Shown here: piece after piece, positions 56,785 through 64,000 of the stretch | Numbering within the stretch: the first letter of the stretch is position 1 | How the letters are laid out: each line of letters starts with the position of its first letter | Translations under genes and position numbers: made by a program | The notes under the pieces: generated by a model | Databases searched by the model: none | The model's input: the letters and a program-made list of their open reading frames with translations, nothing else | What the model was told of the DNA's origin: nothing | Source: Candidatus Latescibacterota bacterium | GTDB taxonomy: Bacteria > Latescibacterota > UBA2968 | Direction: 5' to 3' | NCBI GenBank assembly: GCA_965205975.1 | Contig: OZ242195.1 | Location: forward strand, 4,960,001-5,024,000 | DNA: 64,000 nucleotides

Positions 56785-58242
56785 GTGGCTGACGATTCTG
56801 TTTTTTCCGCCCAAACAGCGCGAGGGCTTGTACACGGTATTCGCAGAGGGATGCACACAGCCCGCGAAATAACGGAAGAGATTCTCGCGCACATCCAAAA
56901 TACAAATCCCGATATCAATGCCTTCATCACTATTGATGAAGAAGGTGCGCTTAAAGCAGCAGATGCTGTCGATCAAAAGGCCGCCGAGGACCAGGTCCTT
57001 GGCCCTCTCGCAGGTGTCCCGATTGCGCTGAAAGATGTGTTGTGTACCAAAGGGCTGCGCACGACCTGTGCTTCAAGAATTCTCGATAATTTTATCCCAC
57101 CTTATGACGCAACCGTTGTTTCCCGTCTGCGTCAAGCCGATGCAATCATCCTGGGCAAACTCAATATGGATGAGTTTGCCATGGGCTCTTCCAGCGAAAA
57201 TTCCCATTTTGGTGCGGTCAAAAATCCACGCGATCAAACCCGCGTGACAGGCGGGTCCAGCGGCGGTTCTGCAGCTGCTGTTGCTGCTGGTCAGGCTCTT
57301 ATGACTCTGGGGTCTGACACTGGGGGGTCTGTTCGTTTGCCCGCATCTTTCTGCGGTGTGGTGGGGCTTAAACCCACTTATGGTCGCGTTTCTCGTTATG
57401 GCTTGATCGCTTATGCCTCTTCTCTCGACCAGATTGGTCCATTTGCGCGTACTGTCGAAGATGCGGCCACTTTGCTCGGTGTCATCGCCGGGCACGATTC
57501 CCGAGATTCTACTTCTGCCCATGTACCGGTGCCCGATTACCTTTTGGCCTGTCAAAGAGGTGTTGATGGTCTCACCATTGGCCTGCCGACAGAGTTTTTC
57601 GGCGAGGGTCTGCAAGCCGATGTTCGCAATGCTGTTATGCAGGGGGTTGAAATTCTGGAAAAAAATGGCGCGTCTATTCGCGAGGTTTCGCTGCCAACTG
57701 CTGGACATCCCGCTTTTGCAATTGCCGCATATTATATTATCGCTACGGCTGAAGCGTCGTCAAATTTGTCGCGTTACGATGGGGTGAAATACGGTTTCCG
57801 CGATGAGGCGGAAAGCCTGATTGATATGTATGTTCAAACGCGCAGCAAGGGTTTTGGCGCAGAGGTCAAGCGTCGCATTATGCTGGGGACTTATGCGCTG
57901 AGTGCGGGGTATTACGATGCGTATTACCGCAAGGCGCAACAGGTGCGCACGCTTATTCGTCGGGATTTTGACCGCGCGTTTGAATCCTGCGATCTCCTCG
58001 CTTCGCCCGTATCGCCTACTCCGGCGTTTAAGCTGGGTGAAAAACTCGACGATCCGCTTCAGATGTATCTTTCCGATATTTATACTGTTTCCGTTAATCT
58101 CGCGGGTATTCCCGGTATTTCGGTGCCTTGTGGTATATCGACCGAAGGTTTGCCCATAGGCTTGCAGTTGCTCGGCAATGCCTTTGCCGAAGAAACCATT
58201 TTGAGCGCGTCTGCGGTTGTTGAAAGAGAATTGGCGTTATGA
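56785..58242 (+). CDS. gatA: Asp/Glu-tRNA amidotransferase subunit A
   Basis: [40 protein letters not shown]. Confidence 0.96.
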   Translation: MADDSVFSAQTARGLVHGIRRGMHTAREITEEILAHIQNTNPDINAFITIDEEGALKAADAVDQKAAEDQVLGPLAGVPIALKDVLCTKGLRTTCASRILDNFIPPYDATVVSRLRQADAIILGKLNMDEFAMGSSSENSHFGAVKNPRDQTRVTGGSSGGSAAAVAAGQALMTLGSDTGGSVRLPASFCGVVGLKPTYGRVSRYGLIAYASSLDQIGPFARTVEDAATLLGVIAGHDSRDSTSAHVPVPDYLLACQRGVDGLTIGLPTEFFGEGLQADVRNAVMQGVEILEKNGASIREVSLPTAGHPAFAIAAYYIIATAEASSNLSRYDGVKYGFRDEAESLIDMYVQTRSKGFGAEVKRRIMLGTYALSAGYYDAYYRKAQQVRTLIRRDFDRAFESCDLLASPVSPTPAFKLGEKLDDPLQMYLSDIYTVSVNLAGIPGISVPCGISTEGLPIGLQLLGNAFAEETILSASAVVERELAL

Positions 58243-59690
58243 CTTACGAATCCGTCATCGGCCTGGAAGTACACGCCCAACTTGCGACTACTACCAAAAT
58301 CTTTTGTGGATGTAGTGCCGAATTTGGGGGGGATCCCAATACCCATGTTTGTCCGGTGTGTTTGGGTTTGCCTGGCGCGCTTCCCGTGTTGAATCAGAAT
58401 GTTGTTGAACTGGCGATGCGCGTTGCACTATCTGCAGGCTGCGCGATTCAACCGCGCAGTCGTTTTTTGCGGAAGAATTATTTTTATCCCGATCTGCCCA
58501 AGGGGTATCAGATCTCGCAGTTTCAATCCAATGAAGAAATGCCTCTGGCTACTGGCGGGGGTGTTGACGTGCCTACGGCTGATGATGGTAGAAAGACGAT
58601 TCGCCTTACGCGTATCCACATGGAAGAAGATGCTGGTAAGAGCATCCACCAGGAGGCCTTTGTGGCTGCGGGGGAGTCTCTCGTTGATGTCAATCGCTGT
58701 GGCGTGCCGCTTATCGAGATCGTGAGCGAGCCGGATCTTTCGACGCCGGAGGAAGTTTTTCACTATCTGACGAGTTTGCATCAATTGCTGGTGTACACGG
58801 GGGTGTCCGAAGGCGATATGGAAAAAGGACACATGCGGATTGATGTCAATGTGTCGATTCGGCCCGTTGGGGAAACACGACTTGGCACGAAGGTTGAGAT
58901 CAAAAATGTCAATTCTTTTCGCAATTGTCAGCGTGCTATTGAGTCCGAGATTCGGCGGCAGATTGATTTGGTTGAGACCGGCGGTGAGATTGAGCAGGCG
59001 ACGATGCTCTACGACCCCGATCGCAATATTTTGCGGGCTATGCGTACAAAAGAAGAATCGGACGATTATCGCTATTTTCCCGATCCGGATCTGGTTCCCC
59101 TTATCGTAGATAGTGCCTGGGTCGAGCGTGTTCAGAGCCAGATTCCAGAGTTGCCAGAGGACAAACGCGCGCGTTTCGCAGAGGTTTACGATATTTCTGG
59201 CGATCAGATTGAGGTGCTTACTGCAGGTCGAGATGTTGCGGATTATTTTGAAGCTGCGGTTGCGGCGGGTGTGGAGAGCAGGCTTGCGGCAAATTGGATA
59301 CAGGGCGATGTGATGCGCGTTCTGAATGATCGGAAGATCGCGATTGGCGATTTGTGTGTTTCAGCTGAATCTCTCGCAGAATTGATTGGTTTGGTAGATA
59401 AGGGTGATATTAGTACCAGTATCGCGAGGACGGTTTTCGACGATATGGTGGAGACAGGGGAGAGTGCATCGTCTATTGTTGAGAAAAAGGGGCTTGTGCA
59501 GATTAGCGATGCGGGTGAACTCGATGGCGTGATCGATCAGATTATAGCGGATAATCCCGAGGAGGTTGAGCGGTTCAAAGGCGGCGACCAGAAGCTTATG
59601 GGGTTTTTTATGGGCCAGCTTATGAGAGCCACAAAAGGTCAGGCCAATCCCCAAAAAGCCAGTCAGTTGTTGCGGGAGAAATTGGGATAG
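58239..59690 (+). CDS. gatB: Asp/Glu-tRNA amidotransferase subunit B
   Basis: [44 protein letters not shown]. Confidence 0.96.
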   Translation: MTYESVIGLEVHAQLATTTKIFCGCSAEFGGDPNTHVCPVCLGLPGALPVLNQNVVELAMRVALSAGCAIQPRSRFLRKNYFYPDLPKGYQISQFQSNEEMPLATGGGVDVPTADDGRKTIRLTRIHMEEDAGKSIHQEAFVAAGESLVDVNRCGVPLIEIVSEPDLSTPEEVFHYLTSLHQLLVYTGVSEGDMEKGHMRIDVNVSIRPVGETRLGTKVEIKNVNSFRNCQRAIESEIRRQIDLVETGGEIEQATMLYDPDRNILRAMRTKEESDDYRYFPDPDLVPLIVDSAWVERVQSQIPELPEDKRARFAEVYDISGDQIEVLTAGRDVADYFEAAVAAGVESRLAANWIQGDVMRVLNDRKIAIGDLCVSAESLAELIGLVDKGDISTSIARTVFDDMVETGESASSIVEKKGLVQISDAGELDGVIDQIIADNPEEVERFKGGDQKLMGFFMGQLMRATKGQANPQKASQLLREKLG

Positions 59691-59780
59691 AGCACACGAT
59701 AGAGGGATGGTAATTCAAGCATAAATGGGAGATATATTGGCTCACGAAGTACGAGTTTTTAGAGCAATATATTAGACATC

Positions 59781-60353
59781 ATGAACCAGCAAGAATTAAA
59801 GAAAATAGTGAAATATGTACTGGAAAATATTGATTTCGTAAGACATGTTGTTGACCAGGCATATCAGATCAGAAAGTACTTAATTGATTTAACATTAGAA
59901 AACGAAATTACAGAGCGTGATTTTTATAGAATTTCAAGTATCCTCTCGCCACAGTCGAGAAGTCCAATGTGGCAAAATTATTTTATTCGCAAATACAATT
60001 GTACAAAAATTTCTCCACAGGAAAACAAAGGTGACTTTAGAAAAAATGACAAATATTATGAATACAAAGCATCTGGATATAATCGAGATAATGCTATTCA
60101 TATAGTACAAACCAGATTATGGCAGCCCTGTGATTATATCATTCAATATATATCTGATGAAGGTGCAGAGACGTTCTTACTAACGCATGAAAATATGCAA
60201 GAAGAAACAGATAAGTTAAAAGCATCGTCAGCACATGGAACACAAACAGTTTCTCAAGTTAATATCCATAACGAGTTAAGAATGACTATCAAATTGCATT
60301 CAAACAATTGGGATAGATGGATGAAAGAATACTATCGAGAAAATCCATTTTGA
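59781..60353 (+). CDS. AT-rich hypothetical protein with a PD-(D/E)xK-like nuclease motif
   Basis: KGD-x8-EYKAS; QTRLWQ; lies directly upstream of mod. Confidence 0.55.
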   Translation: MNQQELKKIVKYVLENIDFVRHVVDQAYQIRKYLIDLTLENEITERDFYRISSILSPQSRSPMWQNYFIRKYNCTKISPQENKGDFRKNDKYYEYKASGYNRDNAIHIVQTRLWQPCDYIIQYISDEGAETFLLTHENMQEETDKLKASSAHGTQTVSQVNIHNELRMTIKLHSNNWDRWMKEYYRENPF

Positions 60354-60403
60354 CAACAAAGATTGAGTTTCGAAGCTACAAAGCCGATGATCCCAAAAAA
60401 TAA

Positions 60404-62476
60404 ATGTTAAAGGACCACAACATGCCAAAAGACTTTAACGACAAATTGATCGAGTTGCTCAAAACCGATGTCCGTTTTATCGACGAAGAAGGCGAGTTGG
60501 TCAAGGCGGCGGTGATTGATCGAGCCTGGAAGATTGACCATGGCCTTGTAAGGCTGCTGCTTGGTGATGCGAATATCAAGGCAAAATTCTTTGACGAGAT
60601 CGAAGGCCACTGGATTTTCAATCTTAACACCTTCATTGAATACGTTTCCGATAAGAACTTTCTCGCCGATTCATACACTCGATTCCGCAACAGAATCGGC
60701 TTAAATATCGACGATAAATTTCTACAGGAGCGAGGCGAGGTGTCCCTGGTATGGCCGTATAAGGATTGCATGCTGGAAGGCGGGCAGACCAAAGAAGAGG
60801 AAAAGCGCAAAGAGATTTTCTTCAATGAAATTTTGGCACAGGACGAGATTGACCGGCTATTTGATCCGAAGGTATTGACCCAATGGAAACGCTATACGGT
60901 AGATGGCGAAGAGGACGTGATGGGGTTGAGGCGCGATGTGCGCGGTACCATCCGTGAGAACCTGATTATCAAGGGCAATAACTTGGTGGCATTGCACACG
61001 CTCAAACAGCAGTTCTATGGCAAGGTAAAGCTGATTTATATTGACCCGCCGTATAATAGAGGAGATGACTCGTTCGGCTATAACGACCACTTTACCCATT
61101 CGAGTTGGTTGACGTTTATGAAAAGTCGGTTGGAAGTTGCCAAGGAGTTGTTGAGGGATGACGGAGTTATTTTTGTTCAATGCGACGATAATGAGCAAGC
61201 ATATTTAAAGGTATTGATGGATGAAGTATTTGGGAGAGATAACTTTGTGGCAAGTTTAATTTGGCGTAAGCGAACGGGTGGGGGTAGTGACAGTAAAAAT
61301 ATTTCTATAGAACACGAATATTTAATGACTTATCTAAAAAACAGACAAATTGCTTTTCTAAATAGATTAAATTCAAATCCTAAAAATTATCCCAAAAAGG
61401 ATGCCCTTGGTCATTATACAACGAAGCCACTTCACAACGATGGATTACAAGACAGTAAAGGACTTCATTACGATATAAAATGTCCCGATGGTTCCTTTTT
61501 GAAAGGAGAAGATCATCAGTGGGTGTATAGCCAGAAAAATTTTCTTGAAAAGAAAAATCAGAATAGAATTGAGTTTAAAAAAAAGAATGGGGAATGGAAA
61601 GTGTATTACAAATTATATATGCATGAATCAAAGGGCAGTATCCCTTATTCTATATTGTATAATTTAGCATATAATAAAGATGGAACAAAAGAAATGGGAG
61701 ATATCTTTAAAAATAAAAAAGCCTTCACAAATCCTAAACCAGAACGTCTCCTTCAGCACATCATCCGTATCGGTTCCAAAGAAACCGATATCGTCCTCGA
61801 CTTCTTTGCCGGTTCTGCCACCACTGCCGCAGTCGCCCACAAGATGAACCGCCAATGGATCACTGTTGAACAGATGGATTATGTGGAAACCATACCCGTT
61901 GAGCGATTAAAGAAAGTTGTCGGAAAAAGAATAAAGGTGAAGGACAAACTACCTGAAAAGATTGAATATGACACTGGCGGTATATCTGAATCCGTCTCCT
62001 GGAAGGGCGGTGGCGATTTTGTCTATTGTGAATTGATGCAATACAACGAAGTCTATATGGATAAAATTCAAGCCGCGCAATCTTCAAAAGAGCTTGTAGA
62101 ACTATGGCGAAATATTGCTGAAAACTCATTTTTGAATTGGTATGTGAATCCTGAAATGCCGGAAGATGCGGTTGATACTTTTATCGCCATCGGCGAAGGC
62201 GAAAATGGGGTGAGCAAACAGAAGAAGTTGCTGGTGGAACTGCTGGACAAGAATCAGTTGTATGTGAATCTTTCGGAGATTGACGACGAGGAATTTGGCA
62301 TAAGCGCGGAAGACAAGGAATTAAACGAGGAGTTCTACGGACAGGATCCCGACGAGGGGTTGGAATTGCGCGACGAATTTGTCGCAGAACTCCAGCAGAC
62401 CATCGCCGATGTGGAAGCCGGTGGAAAGACTACCCCTGCCGAGAAAGTCGCCGAAAAATCGGGGCTTAATTGGTAA
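60404..62476 (+). CDS. mod: Type III R-M methyltransferase subunit (N6A, beta class); start may be 60422
   Basis: NLIIKGNNL, IYIDPPY, PKPE.LL, VLDFFAGSATT, W.GGG.F. Confidence 0.92.
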   Translation: MLKDHNMPKDFNDKLIELLKTDVRFIDEEGELVKAAVIDRAWKIDHGLVRLLLGDANIKAKFFDEIEGHWIFNLNTFIEYVSDKNFLADSYTRFRNRIGLNIDDKFLQERGEVSLVWPYKDCMLEGGQTKEEEKRKEIFFNEILAQDEIDRLFDPKVLTQWKRYTVDGEEDVMGLRRDVRGTIRENLIIKGNNLVALHTLKQQFYGKVKLIYIDPPYNRGDDSFGYNDHFTHSSWLTFMKSRLEVAKELLRDDGVIFVQCDDNEQAYLKVLMDEVFGRDNFVASLIWRKRTGGGSDSKNISIEHEYLMTYLKNRQIAFLNRLNSNPKNYPKKDALGHYTTKPLHNDGLQDSKGLHYDIKCPDGSFLKGEDHQWVYSQKNFLEKKNQNRIEFKKKNGEWKVYYKLYMHESKGSIPYSILYNLAYNKDGTKEMGDIFKNKKAFTNPKPERLLQHIIRIGSKETDIVLDFFAGSATTAAVAHKMNRQWITVEQMDYVETIPVERLKKVVGKRIKVKDKLPEKIEYDTGGISESVSWKGGGDFVYCELMQYNEVYMDKIQAAQSSKELVELWRNIAENSFLNWYVNPEMPEDAVDTFIAIGEGENGVSKQKKLLVELLDKNQLYVNLSEIDDEEFGISAEDKELNEEFYGQDPDEGLELRDEFVAELQQTIADVEAGGKTTPAEKVAEKSGLNW

Positions 62477-62532
62477 TGCGAGAGATTGAAGTCTACCGGG
62501 TCCGGCATCGGCGAGAAGTGTACAGAGATTAG
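62476..62532 (+). pseudogene. Internally deleted RelE/ParE-type toxin remnant (MREIEVYRVRHRREVYRD*)
   Basis: HRREVYR is the typical RelE C-terminus; TAATG coupling to an antitoxin-like tail on Mod. Confidence 0.6.
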
Positions 62533-62534
62533 AT

Positions 62535-64000
62535 ATGATGGCGAATAATTTTTTATATGAAGAGTTAGATTCCTTTTCCAACTTCGGGGGATTAAACAAA
62601 GAAATCCCTTCCTACCTCAAAGACAATCTGAATCCCAAATTTGAACTTCGCCCTTATCAAGAAGAGGCATTTACCCGGTTCTTTCACTGTTTTGATAACG
62701 AGTTTCCCGGCAAGGAACGGCCACTGCATTTTCTGTTCAACATGGCGACAGGCAGTGGCAAAACCCTCATCATGGCGGGGCTGATTCTCTACTTGTATGA
62801 AAAGGGCTATCGAAACTTTCTCTTTTTCGTCAATTCTACCAATATCATCGAAAAGACGCGGGACAATTTCCTCAACTCTGCCAGTATCAAATACCTGTTT
62901 AACACGGAAATTCACATCGCCAACCGCTCCGTGCGGGTCACGCCAGTAGAGAACTTCGAGTCGGTTAATCCCAACGATGTCAATATCTGTTTCACCACCA
63001 TCCAAAAACTACACTCCGATCTGACCACTGAAAAAGAAAATGCCATTACTTTTGAAGACTTCCGCAAGCACAGGATTGTGTTGATTGCCGATGAAGCCCA
63101 TCACATGAACGTTACGACCAAATCTCAGCGGGAGATGTTCGAGAGTTGGGAAAATACCGTCGAGCGCATCTTCACTCAGAATGAAGATAATCTCCTGCTG
63201 GAGTTCACCGCCACGCACGATTACGAGACGCCTGCGATGGTGGAAAAATACCGCAACAAGGTGTTATATCGCTATGACTTGTTGCAGTTCCGCAACGACC
63301 GTTTTTCAAAAGATGTGGTCATTGTGCAATCCGACTTCGACCTGAACGAGCGTATCCTACAGGCTCTGATTCTCAGTCAGTACAAACAGGAAGTGGCGGC
63401 GAAATATCAGATCAACCTCAAACCCGTGATTTTATTCAAAGCACAGCGTACGATTGCACAATCGGAAGAGAACAAGGCCAACTTTCACACACTCGTTGAT
63501 GGTCTCACTGCAGACCATATCGCCCGGATTCGCAGATCAAATATTCCCCTTGTTCAGCGGGCGTTTCAATTCTTTGATGATCACAATATCAGTGACGCGC
63601 AGTTGGCAGAACGCTTGAAGCGAGTATTTCATGAAGATTACTGCATCTCGGTCAACGCGGAAAAAGAGAAGGAGAACTACCAAATACTGGTCAACACGCT
63701 CGAAGACCGAGACAATCTCATCCGCGCTATTTTTGCCGTACAAAAACTCAATGAGGGGTGGGATGTGCTGAACCTGTTCGACATTGTTCGCTGTTACGAA
63801 GTGCGGGACTCTGGAAAGAATAGAATTGGGAGAACAACCATTTCCGAAGCACAACTCATTGGTCGCGGAGCGCGTTATTTCCCTTTTGTTTTACCCGAGA
63901 ACACGGACCGCTTCTGTCGGAAATTTGACTATGACCTCGAAAATGAACTGCGTGTCTTGGAAGAGTTGCATTATCACAGTATCCATGATTCCCGCTATAT
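62535..64000 (+). CDS. res: Type III restriction endonuclease subunit, 3'-truncated by the window edge (absent from the ORF track)
   Basis: Translated by hand: ELRPYQ, FNMATGSGKT, IADEAHH, EFTAT, KLNEGWDVLNLFDIVR, EAQLIGRGARY. Confidence 0.92.
   Translation, partial: MMANNFLYEELDSFSNFGGLNKEIPSYLKDNLNPKFELRPYQEEAFTRFFHCFDNEFPGKERPLHFLFNMATGSGKTLIMAGLILYLYEKGYRNFLFFVNSTNIIEKTRDNFLNSASIKYLFNTEIHIANRSVRVTPVENFESVNPNDVNICFTTIQKLHSDLTTEKENAITFEDFRKHRIVLIADEAHHMNVTTKSQREMFESWENTVERIFTQNEDNLLLEFTATHDYETPAMVEKYRNKVLYRYDLLQFRNDRFSKDVVIVQSDFDLNERILQALILSQYKQEVAAKYQINLKPVILFKAQRTIAQSEENKANFHTLVDGLTADHIARIRRSNIPLVQRAFQFFDDHNISDAQLAERLKRVFHEDYCISVNAEKEKENYQILVNTLEDRDNLIRAIFAVQKLNEGWDVLNLFDIVRCYEVRDSGKNRIGRTTISEAQLIGRGARYFPFVLPENTDRFCRKFDYDLENELRVLEELHYHSIHDSRY

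Noticed and set aside
56773..56785. Absence of gatC before gatA
   Set aside because: gatC is often encoded elsewhere; this cannot be judged from one window

Overview
A 64-kb bacterial chromosomal window of moderate GC with several visibly AT-richer inserted cassettes. The gene content (PhyH dioxygenases, pssA-tatA-gatA-gatB order, GTAG-type REP relics) suggests an uncultured Latescibacterota/Gemmatimonadota-like organism; this is inference only. In order it holds: a NuoEF-fused, selenocysteine-containing formate dehydrogenase (in-frame TGA plus SECIS hairpin, split in two by the ORF track); a PLP decarboxylase bracketed by a 16-bp direct repeat; two tandem lipoproteins sharing one ~144-aa N-terminal module fused to different ligand-binding domains; an orphan RND pump followed by an unannotated 29-aa membrane peptide; pdxA/ridA; an ECF-promoter HhH/intradiol-dioxygenase operon; an AT-rich three-gene ART-toxin-like cassette; a cusCBA-HMA copper cluster with a Cys-rich RSPP leader; an orphan m5C methyltransferase; a RecQ-PRTase/DprA (RqlHI-like) pair; a GlnR-like regulator; ggt and an enolase-family gene; an ilvN-leuACD-cimA operon with attenuator-like leaders; an inserted ABC-ATPase/DUF4276 pair; argJ, aspC-like and accA genes; a promoter- and terminator-bounded ~200-nt structured ncRNA candidate; comEC; truA-htrA-pssA-tatA-gatAB; and a type III R-M locus with an extra PD-(D/E)xK nuclease and a fossil RelE-type TA cassette. 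No rRNA, tRNA, CRISPR array, transposase or integrase was seen. All calls come from reading motifs by eye; no database searches were run.
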